50,192 bases of DNA from a virus. Lineage: Duplodnaviria; Caudoviricetes. A program made the position numbers and the translations under genes. The stretch lies in the IMG/VR virus record IMGVR_UViG_3300014613_000007, positions 1 to 50,192 of that record; one strand, given 5' to 3'. Of the stretch, positions 18,293 through 28,819 are shown piece after piece (position 1 is the stretch's first letter; each line of letters begins with the position of its first letter). The notes below the pieces were generated by a model, which worked only from the letters and a program-made list of their open reading frames with translations, made no database searches and was not told the origin of the DNA.

Positions 18293-18310
18293 AATTGTTC
18301 CTTTCACAAA

Positions 18311-21300
18311 TTAACCTTTACCATTCTGGTCGGCTGCATTATCAATCCAGGAGAGAAGCAGCCAGTTCGTGCCGTCGTACATCCATACCGTTACATCGCC
18401 CGATGCCGTTACAAGGTCGGTAGTACCCGCTATCAAAGCTCCGCCGTCAACGTCGTAGGTAATTGCGGCTTTCGATACCACGATAATAATCTGGCCTTCT
18501 TCAATATCCGTACCGTCAAAATCATCGATAGTATCGGCGTTGGTCCCGGTATTGAAATATGAGTACCCGGAAACATCAGGAGTGGCATCGTCCTGACCAA
18601 TTGTCTGTACGTCATTGACTGCCAAAGCAGCTTCTAATTTCAAAGGTTTGGCCGCTGTAACGGTCACACCGCCGGCACTTGACGTTAAATCAATGGCGGC
18701 AGCACTATTACCAAGAGTATTAGTGACTACGATGGTCTCGGAAGTTCCTACATTGGTCGTTAAGGCAATCGCCGAAGCAGCATTGTCCAAACTGTCAATA
18801 AGGACTTGACCGCCAGTAATAGCTACATTCTTAGCCAAAGCAGCGTTAATATCAACGCCACCGGCAACGGCCTGTAAGGAAATTGCAGCTTCGTCAGTTC
18901 CCGGTGTGTTTGTGAGCGTAATGTCGGCACTGGCGGCAGTTCCGCCCGTTACATTTACCGTGAACATTTCCTTGGCGTCAAGATCGATACCGCCCAGTGT
19001 TGCGTCGATATTGATAGCATCAGTTCCCGTACCGGCGCTATTTGTAATAGCAATCGTCTCAGCCGTACCTATATTCGTGGTCAAGCTGATTGCACCGGCA
19101 CCGGTTGTCTTACTCACAAGTGCAACACTACCACCTGCAATATTGATTTCCTTTGCCGCAGCAGCATCAATATCAACTCCACCAGCGGAAGACGTTAAGG
19201 CTATTGCCGCTGCATCCGTACCCGTAGAGTTTAGAAGGGTAATATCAGCACTTGCGGCAGTTCCGCCTGCTACGGTGACGGTAAACATCTCCTTGGAATT
19301 GATGTCAACTCCACCTGACGTCGAAGTTAGCACTATAGCACCATCGGCGGTGCCCGCCGCGTTGACTACTGAAATTATCTCAGTAGCAGCGGTGCCGTGC
19401 GGTGCAACCTGAACATAAGTATCGCCGCCTTCACTGCCAAGTTTCAAAGTGCTGCCATCATTTACAGTAGCATTGATACCACCGGCAAGTGCCGTCATGT
19501 TAATGGCCGTGGCGGCGGTACCATTCGTATTTACGATGTTTACATACTCCGTAGCCGGTGTGGCATGTGCCGCAACCTCAAAATAGGCATCCGCACCAGC
19601 ATTACCAAGTTTAAGACTTTTACCATCAGCTACTGACGCAGTAATACCGCCGGCTGTCGCTATAAGGCCAATAGCCGAAGCATTCGTACCGGCAGCAGAT
19701 TGAATAGTAAGCAAACTACCCGAAGACTGAGTTTCGATACGAATAGCATCGGCGGCACTCAATCCCGAAGTCAACGCAATACCGCCCGCCGGAGCGTAGA
19801 GCTGAATAGCGGCATCTTCTTCCGTAGTGGCAGAAGCGCCCGTACCCGTAGTGTTCTTGATCGTAATCAAGTCGCCGGCGGCACCGGCCGCATCAATGGT
19901 TATGGGGCCGCTGGCGGCATCTATATCAATACCGCCAACCGCAGCCGAAAGACTTATTTCACCATTAGCACCATCAGCTACGAGTGCAATTGCATCGGAG
20001 GCACTTTCGGTTCCGGTAATCAATACCCGGCCCGCCTGGGCATCAAGAATGATGTCCTTGGCGTCCGTATTGGTAATCGTTATATCCCCGGCAGTAGCCA
20101 ACATATTGATACCGGCGGTCCCGGCGTCAATATCAAGACCCCCGGCGGCATTTTCGGCGTCAATCACAACCGCGTCGGCAGCAGCCTGACCGCCGATAAG
20201 CTGGACCGAACCGGCGGCGGAATCAATGTGAATATCTTTCGCCGCGCCGCTGTTATCAATACCTATCGGACCGGCAACGTCAATATCCATACCGCCTGCA
20301 ACAGAGTCGATATTGATAGAGGCATCGTCAGTACCTACCATATTATTGATAACAATAGTCTCAAGTACGCCTGTATTGGTAATCAGCGATATGGCACTTG
20401 CCGCGCTTTGCTCGGATTCGATAAGAATCTGACCTGCATTCAGGGCAATGTCGGAAGTGATACCGGCATCAATATCTATACCACCGGTCGCGTCTACATT
20501 GATACCGTCAGCAGTAGTGTCGGTAGAAACTATATGGATTTGTCCCGCCGCATTGGATGTGTAAATCTTAACAGCATCATCGGCAGCTTCACTCGAAGTA
20601 ACGTTCACCGAACCGCCGGTATTGGCAATGGTAATATCCTCGGTAGCCGAGGCGGCATCACAAAGAATCTGAATACCGCCTAATGTAGCCTGGAGAACAA
20701 TCGCATCAACTTCATTCTCCGCAGAGGTCAATACGATACTCTTAGCTGTATCGACATCCAATCCGCCTGCCGTAGCGTTCAAATCGACCGCATCATCCCC
20801 GGTCCCGGCAGACGACAGAATCAAACTCGAAGCCGTCGCACCCGTAACGGAAATGGTAAGGTTTTCATCGGTTGCACCCGATACGACGGAGACGTTGGAA
20901 GCCGCAGCACCGTCGATACTGAAAGCACCGGTGGTATCAATCGCAATACCGGCAGTGCCCGAATCAATGTCCATACCACCTGCCGTCGCCGAAGCAATTA
21001 TAGTAACTGCCGCAGTATCGGCTTCACCGGCATCAAGAAAAATTGAGCCTGCCGCACTATCGACATCGAGATTGGCACCTGCTTCGCTAAGATCGATATA
21101 AATACTGCCGACGGAATCTATATCGATTTCATCCGCAGAAGCTACTTTAATATCTCCCGTGGCCGCAGATGTGATAAGACTTATAGCATCCCCGCCCGTA
21201 CCGTCCGAAGTAAGAATGATAGAGGCATTCTGGTCACCGTCAACTTCGATAGTAATATCGTCCCCGGCACCATCGGCTGTGGAGGTCATAGTAATTATGC

Positions 21301-22267
21301 CCCCTGCGGTATCGACATCAATACCTCCTGCCGTAGCATAAACCTTAATCGCATCATCTCCCGTACCGGCAGACCTCAAATCAAGGCTGGAATTATGAGC
21401 ACCGGTAACCTGAACGGTCAGGTCTTGGGCATCTCCACTTGCCGCAAGTGTTATCGTGGAAGCCGCCGCATCGAAGTAAACGTTTCCGATACCGGTAAGA
21501 TCATCGATAGTATCGAACGCAATTGAAGTAGCTCCGCTGTCGGACGAAAATGTAACAATGTTCGTGTTCGTACCGAGTCCGATACTGAAATCTTCCGTAG
21601 TGGCAGTCGGACTGTAGAACTCGAATTCAAGGTTGGTATCGTTCCTGATAGCTTCGCCGTTTTCGCTGAATACAAAGTCCGTAGAACCGACAATAAGGCC
21701 GGCAAAAGTACCTACACCGGCCTCGGAAATAGTCCAGGTATCGCCCGTTCCTGTAATATCATCGCCTGTACTGGAACCGTCAATCTGAATAGTCGGACCC
21801 GTTCCGGCGTTCGTTAATACCAGGCCGGGAGTACTTCCCGTATCGGACTGGACCAGAGTCAGAACGGCATTATTGGCCGCATCGGTAGCGGTCAATGTGA
21901 TCGAGCCGGCATCTACGGTTACGGCAGCTGAGATGCCATAGGCCGTATCGAGACTCGAAGCGCCCGCCACGTCTATCGACACCCAGGCGCTGCCATTGTA
22001 AAGCAGCAGGCCGTTAGAGGACTCATCGTAGTAAACCTCGCCTTCATTGGGCGTTGAAGGTTCCAAGCCGGGAACAAAGACAAAACTCGCCATACCGGTC
22101 GTTTCCGTCTCGGTCATAAACAGCCAGATAGGGTCTTGCTGGTAACTTCCTCCCAATATGTTCTGCTTGTGCTGGCGGTAATAATCCGCTCCGTAAGTCA
22201 TGGCGGCCTCGGCACTTGTGCAAAACAACAACACAAGCACCGAACAAAAAAGCAATATACGTTTCAT
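18311..22267 (-). CDS. Large acidic repetitive beta-solenoid-like protein with signal peptide (fibre or decoration candidate)
   Basis: 1318 aa; recurring 'A..AI.L.A.AGG.DID' units; very few K/R residues; follows the cement gene. Confidence 0.65.
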   Translation of the reverse strand: MKRILLFCSVLVLLFCTSAEAAMTYGADYYRQHKQNILGGSYQQDPIWLFMTETETTGMASFVFVPGLEPSTPNEGEVYYDESSNGLLLYNGSAWVSIDVAGASSLDTAYGISAAVTVDAGSITLTATDAANNAVLTLVQSDTGSTPGLVLTNAGTGPTIQIDGSSTGDDITGTGDTWTISEAGVGTFAGLIVGSTDFVFSENGEAIRNDTNLEFEFYSPTATTEDFSIGLGTNTNIVTFSSDSGATSIAFDTIDDLTGIGNVYFDAAASTITLAASGDAQDLTVQVTGAHNSSLDLRSAGTGDDAIKVYATAGGIDVDTAGGIITMTSTADGAGDDITIEVDGDQNASIILTSDGTGGDAISLITSAATGDIKVASADEIDIDSVGSIYIDLSEAGANLDVDSAAGSIFLDAGEADTAAVTIIASATAGGMDIDSGTAGIAIDTTGAFSIDGAAASNVSVVSGATDENLTISVTGATASSLILSSAGTGDDAVDLNATAGGLDVDTAKSIVLTSAENEVDAIVLQATLGGIQILCDAASATEDITIANTGGSVNVTSSEAADDAVKIYTSNAAGQIHIVSTDTTADGINVDATGGIDIDAGITSDIALNAGQILIESEQSAASAISLITNTGVLETIVINNMVGTDDASINIDSVAGGMDIDVAGPIGIDNSGAAKDIHIDSAAGSVQLIGGQAAADAVVIDAENAAGGLDIDAGTAGINMLATAGDITITNTDAKDIILDAQAGRVLITGTESASDAIALVADGANGEISLSAAVGGIDIDAASGPITIDAAGAAGDLITIKNTTGTGASATTEEDAAIQLYAPAGGIALTSGLSAADAIRIETQSSGSLLTIQSAAGTNASAIGLIATAGGITASVADGKSLKLGNAGADAYFEVAAHATPATEYVNIVNTNGTAATAINMTALAGGINATVNDGSTLKLGSEGGDTYVQVAPHGTAATEIISVVNAAGTADGAIVLTSTSGGVDINSKEMFTVTVAGGTAASADITLLNSTGTDAAAIALTSSAGGVDIDAAAAKEINIAGGSVALVSKTTGAGAISLTTNIGTAETIAITNSAGTGTDAINIDATLGGIDLDAKEMFTVNVTGGTAASADITLTNTPGTDEAAISLQAVAGGVDINAALAKNVAITGGQVLIDSLDNAASAIALTTNVGTSETIVVTNTLGNSAAAIDLTSSAGGVTVTAAKPLKLEAALAVNDVQTIGQDDATPDVSGYSYFNTGTNADTIDDFDGTDIEEGQIIIVVSKAAITYDVDGGALIAGTTDLVTASGDVTVWMYDGTNWLLLSWIDNAADQNGKG

Positions 22268-22313
22268 GTTCGTACTCCTTAATGAAGGGCAGAAAATAAT
22301 TGCCCTATAGTTT

Positions 22314-22793
22314 TTAAGATGGTTTAGTCACATTGGAACGAATGACTTGTACGTTGTCCTTTGTTCTGGGCTTGCTCGGACTCATCGCCGCATTGATAGA
22401 AACAGCAGCAGTACCGTTCACATCGGCAAGAGTTGAAATCATGCCGAGATAACGGTAAGTAGCATCGGCCGCTTCGGAAATCTGCTGGCCGACCTCCATG
22501 CAGGCAATGTTCCTTTCCACCGCCGCTATGCGCGGGTCTGCCGAGCCCGTTATGGCAACTCTGCATACGGAGCGAACGAGAGTATCCAGCGATTCAGTTG
22601 ACGAAACCACCAGGTCGAAAACGTAAGTGTCAGTAGTGCCGCCGGAATTTGCAGTCTCGCAAATAACGCTCCACCAAATATCCCCGTAGCCGACGTTTGG
22701 TATGACCTCAAGGTCGATAACATTCTCGCTATCGGTTGCACCGGCAGTAAGATCCTGTGCCGTTGAAAGCACACCTAATTCTTCAAGTATCAT
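22314..22793 (-). CDS. Capsid cement/decoration protein (Bbp16-like)
   Basis: 'AQDLTA...SENVIDL' start, RYLG motif, directly after the major capsid gene. Confidence 0.75.
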   Translation of the reverse strand: MILEELGVLSTAQDLTAGATDSENVIDLEVIPNVGYGDIWWSVICETANSGGTTDTYVFDLVVSSTESLDTLVRSVCRVAITGSADPRIAAVERNIACMEVGQQISEAADATYRYLGMISTLADVNGTAAVSINAAMSPSKPRTKDNVQVIRSNVTKPS

Positions 22794-22826
22794 TATATTT
22801 CTCCTTAAATTAATTGGTTTTCATAA

Positions 22827-23855
22827 TTAAGCAGCCGCAACTTCTGCTTCACCCGAAGAGGCGGCATGAGTGAGAGCATCAAGCCTCCGGATTATGATGT
22901 TCGGGCCGATCATGGGCAGGGCCGTCTGATAGATGTTCTTATCAGAAGTATAGACCTTCAGCTTATCATTGGCTGAAATAACAAGCTGGGTATAAAGATC
23001 CGCATCGCAATAGAGGAACCATGGTTTGTTCGCCATAAGATTATGCTTCAAAGACGCCTTAATCGCGGCATTTATCGCATCGGCACCGGAGTAATCCGAA
23101 GCACCGCACTGGATATTGCAAATCCTTTTTACGGACCTCTGATCTCGAATACATATTCCCTGCTGGATCATGTATTCATGGACTACCCACCAGTTGTGTT
23201 TTGTCGCATCGAGTGGGTCCACCTTATAAACACCGTTTGGCCCGGTCTTGTCCTCAAACTCGATACCAAGCGTGGGATGGTCCGGATTGTGAATCAAATG
23301 CACGCGCGACGGTCCGGGGCATATAAGCCATGCGCTTCTCAAATCGTTACCTGTCCCGCCTACGGTCCATGTATTTTCGTTGTCGTAAGCGTTCCAGGGA
23401 GCTCTGCCCATCAGACCGACTATGGCGTTCTGGGTCGGTGCGGTCGGGCCTTCGAGAATAAGGTTGCACCATGACTGGCCGTTGCCTTCGATATGGTTAG
23501 CTCTCTCGTCTTTGATAAGGGCCTGAGATACTTCCTTACCTTCGGTCTGAAGTACGTCCACGGGACATTCCCACGAGTCCCTTATAGTGGCGAGCGCTTC
23601 CACGAAAGGAGTCCTCTCGGATTTTGAAGAGCCCCACGTCCCGCCGACGTTCACAAGCGAGCCGGAAGGCAGCGAGCTTATCCTCATACCCTTATGAAAA
23701 AGACCGCCGTTGGAAGGAAAAGATACCAGGTCCTTCATCAGGTCGAGGGTCTCTACGAGTGTATTGGTAATTTCAAGAACACCTTTATTGCCAGGTGCTT
23801 TCAATTTTTGCAGGTCGAACAGGTTTGCCCGACTGCCAAGATGAACTGTTGCCAT
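22827..23855 (-). CDS. Major capsid protein (BPP-1 Bbp17-like HK97 fold)
   Basis: 342 aa; GGTGNDL.S.W, G..IRD.R.V.RICNI, IRR.DAL...EA.V; follows the scaffold gene. Confidence 0.85.
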   Translation of the reverse strand: MATVHLGSRANLFDLQKLKAPGNKGVLEITNTLVETLDLMKDLVSFPSNGGLFHKGMRISSLPSGSLVNVGGTWGSSKSERTPFVEALATIRDSWECPVDVLQTEGKEVSQALIKDERANHIEGNGQSWCNLILEGPTAPTQNAIVGLMGRAPWNAYDNENTWTVGGTGNDLRSAWLICPGPSRVHLIHNPDHPTLGIEFEDKTGPNGVYKVDPLDATKHNWWVVHEYMIQQGICIRDQRSVKRICNIQCGASDYSGADAINAAIKASLKHNLMANKPWFLYCDADLYTQLVISANDKLKVYTSDKNIYQTALPMIGPNIIIRRLDALTHAASSGEAEVAAA

Positions 23856-24047
23856 GAGACAAATCTCCTAAATAAATAGTTTTCAATATTTCAAAAACGT
23901 TTATCGGAGAGGTGTCTCTTGCGAGGCTCGTCCTAACACTACAAGCCGTGCTATGCCGCGTCCCTTTGACGTTAGCAACCAGGCTTCCACCAATTGGAAG
24001 GTATCTGGTGTTTCTTTATTTATAAGCCGTTTCTCTTGCGAGGGGCT

Positions 24048-24812
24048 TTACCATTTTAATACGTTTGCCGTGTACGGCATTTCTTCCTTTAACGAATCAG
24101 ATTCTTTTACTTTCCCGGCAGGTGCGCCGGTAACTTCCGTATTGCCTTCCGGCACGATGTCCTTTGCAAGATTGAATATCGCCTTACTCATTACGGCGTC
24201 TTTCATAAGGACTTTCTCGATGAAGCTCTTGCCTGCCTTTTCATATTCATCGGCTGTAATACCGGTATGGTTTTGAAAGAGCCTGCGCGTGTTCTCATAA
24301 TTGCTTTTAACGGCATCTTTCCCGCCGTAAAGAACTTCGAGAATTTCATTGACCTTATTGAACTCATCTAACTCACTTTTAGACTTAGCGTTTATAAGGT
24401 TCTGATTGAACGGGTTAATAAAGCCAATCAAATCCTTTACAATTGACTTGGGCCATTTCTTCTCAACGGCATAAGCCTTCAGAGCTTTCTCGAATTCGGG
24501 ATTGGCGTTGCGAACGTCGGCAAGTCCTTCGTTAAAATTCAGGTCTTTAAGGTCGTCTTCGCTTTTAATACGCCCGGATATTAAGTCCTCCGCACCGAGA
24601 AGCTTGCCGACCTGCAAACTAAACTCGCTTCTGGTATTATCGTCCGGAAGGCTTTCGAGTGATTTCGGCAATTTATAAGGCGCTCCAACCATTTTCTTGG
24701 CCTCTATAGCACCAATGTTAAAATCCTCCTGCGATTTATATTGAGATAAGATTCTTTGTGCTTCAGGCGTCGTCAAATGCTCGCTTTGAAAATCATCGTA
24801 CCAATTATCCAT
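24048..24812 (-). CDS. Capsid scaffolding protein
   Basis: 'W...........Y.S..D.......K.VG' start; charged helices; located between portal and capsid. Confidence 0.65.
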   Translation of the reverse strand: MDNWYDDFQSEHLTTPEAQRILSQYKSQEDFNIGAIEAKKMVGAPYKLPKSLESLPDDNTRSEFSLQVGKLLGAEDLISGRIKSEDDLKDLNFNEGLADVRNANPEFEKALKAYAVEKKWPKSIVKDLIGFINPFNQNLINAKSKSELDEFNKVNEILEVLYGGKDAVKSNYENTRRLFQNHTGITADEYEKAGKSFIEKVLMKDAVMSKAIFNLAKDIVPEGNTEVTGAPAGKVKESDSLKEEMPYTANVLKW

Positions 24813-25270
24813 TATTTCGGCCCTTTATAAGAAATAATAATTTCAGTCAAATACTTATTTTCATCAGGTACGTAGTTCCTGACAATCTCCATCTTTGTTA
24901 CCGCAGGCCTGATACCCATGCGATTCACAAATGCGTCTATGTTACGCTGCTCGTCCTCCGCCCTCAGCGGGGTCTTTGCCCTCATAGGCGAAAGTTTCAA
25001 GGTTAAATTCGCCGTTTTAACTTCCATTTCCACGGGCGGCTTTGCAGGTTTCGGCTTCGATATTTTGCCCGCGCTGGCGAGAATGGCCGGAGAAAATCTG
25101 CCAATGGCGTTCTGTAAAGATTCTTCGGTATCGAAAGAGACTATCTGCTCGAATGAAAAACCGGCTTCGAGGCCCTGCCTGATAAGTTTTACAGGAAAAT
25201 CTTTTTTAACGTGTATTTCCTTTATTTTTTCTTCGTTTTTATTCCGTTTTTTCCGTGCCATTTTCCACAT
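24812..25270 (-). CDS. Hypothetical head-module protein
   Basis: ORF tightly coupled to its neighbours. Confidence 0.55.
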   Translation of the reverse strand: MWKMARKKRNKNEEKIKEIHVKKDFPVKLIRQGLEAGFSFEQIVSFDTEESLQNAIGRFSPAILASAGKISKPKPAKPPVEMEVKTANLTLKLSPMRAKTPLRAEDEQRNIDAFVNRMGIRPAVTKMEIVRNYVPDENKYLTEIIISYKGPK

Positions 25271-25529
25271 TCCTTAAAGATAGGTTCCTTATTAATCCTG
25301 CCATCTCTACAAATAAATTTCTCGTTCCGGTCATCAGCATTCTCGCAACACCTTTGCGTAAATCCTTGCCATCCCCGCCTACCATAAACATCACATCCCT
25401 AACCATGTCATTGTGTAACACAACTTTCTCCTGGGTTTCGAGAATATCAAAAATCTTTTTGAGCTTTTCCGCCAAAAAGTCGTCGCCCGCCCTGTTATAT
25501 CCCTGAATTAGTATTTTTTTATCTCTCAT
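25239..25529 (-). CDS. Small head-module protein (Bbp19-like position)
   Basis: ATGA overlap with the portal stop codon. Confidence 0.55.
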   Translation of the reverse strand: MRDKKILIQGYNRAGDDFLAEKLKKIFDILETQEKVVLHNDMVRDVMFMVGGDGKDLRKGVARMLMTGTRNLFVEMAGLIRNLSLRNVENGTEKTE

Positions 25530-27307
25530 GCCGTCGCCCCCGTAAGCATACCAAGTACATTATCGGGACCGGCCTCCATGCCCTTGCCCGCCTTCATCAA
25601 TTCGACTACCTGGGCAAACTGCCTTTGCATGGCCTGATCCTGCATGAACGCCTCTACTGATTTGTTGTAATCGGCCTCCTCGTTGACAAGCTTCTGCTGG
25701 AAATTCACAGCCTGAAGGGTCGCGTCGCCCACGAGATAACGCTTAATCATAAATCCGACGAAATTCGGGTCTCCCATAGCCTCGCCTATCTCGCTTAAAG
25801 CATTGATACCGTACAAAATAGGCTGAAGCTTCTGAAACTGCTGCTGTTTTTGCCTGAGAGTGCCGATGAACTCCGGCTGAATCTTCACTAAGTCGGCCTC
25901 CATCGGGCCGAGATAGTGACTTATAATATCGTATACGTTCTCGATGTTCGCCTTGTTATAAGGCCCCTGGCCCGATTCGAGTTCTATCGCCCTTACCCGC
26001 TCGTCAACCTGGGCGAGATAGCTCTCGTGGCTCTCTATCATGGGAAGCAGTTGAGTTATCCTTTCGCCGGCCATCTCCATAAGCTGCAAGACCCGAAAAT
26101 CCTTTCCCTTCTGCTTGGACAGATCGCTAAACATTCTGAACGTTTCAAGATGAAAATGCCTGCTCAAACTCTCGCGCAGCATTTCAAAGTTCTCCCGTTC
26201 AAATCTTACCTCCCCTACCTGCTCGATGGGCTTCGGCAAGTAATTCCATTCGCTACTATTCAATAAATTAAGACCGCCGGGCCGGAAATCCAGACGTTTC
26301 TCCGTGCCCAGCAATGCGGCCATCGACGGCCGGACTTTCAACTGGGTATTGTCAACGTAGTTTTTGAATATCTGGATCAAATTCAGATCGTCGTATATCG
26401 CCGAGAACGCCGGCGTCCGGGAAGAACATTCCCATACTTTCTTATCGAAATCCCAGTGAACAAACGGCTTGCTCCTGTAACCATCGGAAAGCAAAGGATC
26501 GTTCTGCTTTTCTTTCAGACCCGTTTCCTCGAAATAAACGCTGTACCATGTCTTTGAAAAGTATCTGGTATTGTTCGGAAGCCTGAAATCGCCCCATATC
26601 GGGTCCGAAGACCTGAAGACCGCCCGCCAAATTGTAAACTTACTATTCAACTGGCCCTGCTCGATGGCCGTTTGAAGAGATTTACTGAATATCTGTTCCG
26701 CCTTTGAAAGCCTTTCCTTCATCGTCCGGCCGGGGCAGAATTTATCGAAACATTTCTTGGCCGTCCACTGATCGTCCTTGATAATAACGCCTTCGGCACA
26801 ATTAAAGCGGTCGTAAAATATCCGGTAAGTAAGCCAGTGGATGGGAATGCACATCATATGATCGGTTTCAAGGTCTCGCTCAACGAACATCAAAGGACTG
26901 CCGATTGTCCAGCCATCTAATGTAAACTGCGGCTGAATATCGTAAAAGTTGCCCCTTTGGTAAACCGCCGCATTGTGCTCCCTCATCGACTGGCAGAACT
27001 CGTCAAGCTCATCTATCCCAGCTATCCGGTCGTCGGAGAACCCGTACTTGAACCAGTCAAGCTTTTTACTCACGGTATTGCCCTGAAATGAGGTAGAAGC
27101 AGTCCTCGCAACCCACGGCCCGGAGCCCTCGAAAATATTCTCACCCAGCATTAGCATGTCGGCGGCTTCGTCGTAATCCACACCCAAATCCGGCCGGAAG
27201 AAATCGCATATATATTCGCGGGCAGTTTTGAGCCTTTCATAAGGAACTTTTAACTCGTCCCAACGCTCGATTATCCGCGCAAATAATGTTTTGTCTTTCC
27301 ATTCCAT
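25526..27307 (-). CDS. Portal (head-tail connector, T7 gp8/Bbp21-like)
   Basis: 593 aa; WF, NFY, D....G...MFVE, PG..N motifs; position in the head module. Confidence 0.85.
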   Translation of the reverse strand: MEWKDKTLFARIIERWDELKVPYERLKTAREYICDFFRPDLGVDYDEAADMLMLGENIFEGSGPWVARTASTSFQGNTVSKKLDWFKYGFSDDRIAGIDELDEFCQSMREHNAAVYQRGNFYDIQPQFTLDGWTIGSPLMFVERDLETDHMMCIPIHWLTYRIFYDRFNCAEGVIIKDDQWTAKKCFDKFCPGRTMKERLSKAEQIFSKSLQTAIEQGQLNSKFTIWRAVFRSSDPIWGDFRLPNNTRYFSKTWYSVYFEETGLKEKQNDPLLSDGYRSKPFVHWDFDKKVWECSSRTPAFSAIYDDLNLIQIFKNYVDNTQLKVRPSMAALLGTEKRLDFRPGGLNLLNSSEWNYLPKPIEQVGEVRFERENFEMLRESLSRHFHLETFRMFSDLSKQKGKDFRVLQLMEMAGERITQLLPMIESHESYLAQVDERVRAIELESGQGPYNKANIENVYDIISHYLGPMEADLVKIQPEFIGTLRQKQQQFQKLQPILYGINALSEIGEAMGDPNFVGFMIKRYLVGDATLQAVNFQQKLVNEEADYNKSVEAFMQDQAMQRQFAQVVELMKAGKGMEAGPDNVLGMLTGATA

Positions 27308-27442
27308 TTTTTATCCCCGCCAAAAGAAAAAGGGGCCGCCGATTTCTCAACAGCCCCTATTACAGGCTTGTGGTAATAGCACCAAACGGGCATGACTCCG
27401 CCTGTGCCTGAATTTTCTTTTGGGTTTAAACTATTTCATTCC

Positions 27443-27733
27443 TTACCATAAATCTCTTGGAATTGGTTCCATATCATTATCTTTTCTAAACTTATTAAGT
27501 TGCTTCATAACATCCGGATCACAAAAGGTTCCAATTTTATCCACTACAGGTTTACCATCGCATTTATATGAAAGCCGACCTAATTCAGATTCTTTAATAC
27601 TTACACATTTTATCTTCATCGGTGCCCCGTCAGCGACTTTAGTTTTTCCAATGGCCGTTTTCAGGCCAAAAACCGCTGCCGGAATTCCAACTATTGCTTT
27701 GCCGGCATTTTGTAGAAAGTCCCGTCGTTTCAT
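27443..27733 (-). CDS. Small protein with twin-arginine-like N-terminus
   Basis: MKRRDFLQNAGKAIVGIPAAVFG. Confidence 0.55.
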   Translation of the reverse strand: MKRRDFLQNAGKAIVGIPAAVFGLKTAIGKTKVADGAPMKIKCVSIKESELGRLSYKCDGKPVVDKIGTFCDPDVMKQLNKFRKDNDMEPIPRDLW

Positions 27734-27739
27734 TCCACT

Positions 27740-27964
27740 TTACGCCTTAATTAAAAATATTCTATCTTTCCAGCTTATTTCGGCTTTTTTATTATAATGC
27801 CCGTTTTCACGAAAAATAAGAGTTTTCCGCCATCCAGGATTGGCTATTTGTGTCATCTCATCTACAAGAACCTCACCGCACCGGGCGCAGCTTATTCTGC
27901 CAAACCACATATCGCATATATGGCTATGACCGATAAAACCACAAATTATCTTTCTGATGTCCAT
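27740..27964 (-). CDS. Small Cys/His protein
   Basis: C..IGH and CARC motifs. Confidence 0.6.
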   Translation of the reverse strand: MDIRKIICGFIGHSHICDMWFGRISCARCGEVLVDEMTQIANPGWRKTLIFRENGHYNKKAEISWKDRIFLIKA

Positions 27965-28195
27965 TACTGTCCGGGATTTACATCTATTACTAATTCCTCA
28001 CGACAACAGACTAAATTATAAAAACACTTCGTGTCAGAATTCCAAAAATTTATCTCCGCCAAATGAATCCCATTAGTATCAGTTAAATTAACACTCTCAC
28101 CAGTCACAATGTAACCACTGTGGCCTGATAAAATATGTTTTACTTTTTTACCCTCTTTATTCCACATCATTAGCCTCACTCGGATCGGGGCCGTT

Positions 28196-28819
28196 TCATT
28201 CCTCGACCTCGTTCGGACCAAATAAATCAATATTATCAAGATTGTCAAACATCCATTGAATATTCTCTCGGTTTATTGGGAAAGGATTTTTTCTTGAATG
28301 TTCTATTTTGCCAGCCAAAATCAACATTTTTAATTCTTGAAGAATTGGTTCGTTTGGCTCCACCCATTTTATAGCTACCGGCCCGTTCGGCTCACCATAT
28401 CGCATACATCCATAGAGACATTCCGGCAGAATTTCCAGGAACTTCTCCTTTGTAACATCGGCTACAACGATATTGCCCTCAACGTGAAAGCTTGCTGAGC
28501 TATTTGAGCTTATGCCAAACGTAAACGTCTTTTGCATAAAATAATTGTAATCAACAGTCAATCCTCCATCTGTTGTATTTACATCAACATCTTCTCCGAA
28601 TTTAATGTTGTTCGGATCGCTAGGCTCTATGAATGTGCAATGTCTCATCGTAAACATGGGTTCATTTGGCTCGTTCGGCTTCGACTCTTTATTCTGCCAT
28701 GAATCGGCGCAATAGTTAATAACATAAGCTACGCTACCACCCAATATTCCACCAATTATAAGGATGATACAATAAAAGAAAACTATCGCCGCATATGTCA
28801 ATATAAATTGTTTCGTCAT
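28196..28819 (-). CDS. Membrane-anchored protein with EPN/DPN repeats
   Basis: N-terminal TM segment, KPNEPNEP, DPNN, EPNG, EPNEP; AAGGA RBS. Confidence 0.65.
   Translation of the reverse strand: MTKQFILTYAAIVFFYCIILIIGGILGGSVAYVINYCADSWQNKESKPNEPNEPMFTMRHCTFIEPSDPNNIKFGEDVDVNTTDGGLTVDYNYFMQKTFTFGISSNSSASFHVEGNIVVADVTKEKFLEILPECLYGCMRYGEPNGPVAIKWVEPNEPILQELKMLILAGKIEHSRKNPFPINRENIQWMFDNLDNIDLFGPNEVEE

Noticed and set aside
18433-21705. Long antisense and alternate-frame ORFs such as 19700-20683 (+)
   Set aside because: They are shadows of the biased codon usage of the 1318-aa gene
9805-23855. Diversity-generating retroelement, given the BPP-1-like virion genes
   Set aside because: No reverse transcriptase and no TR/VR pair with adenine-specific mismatches were seen
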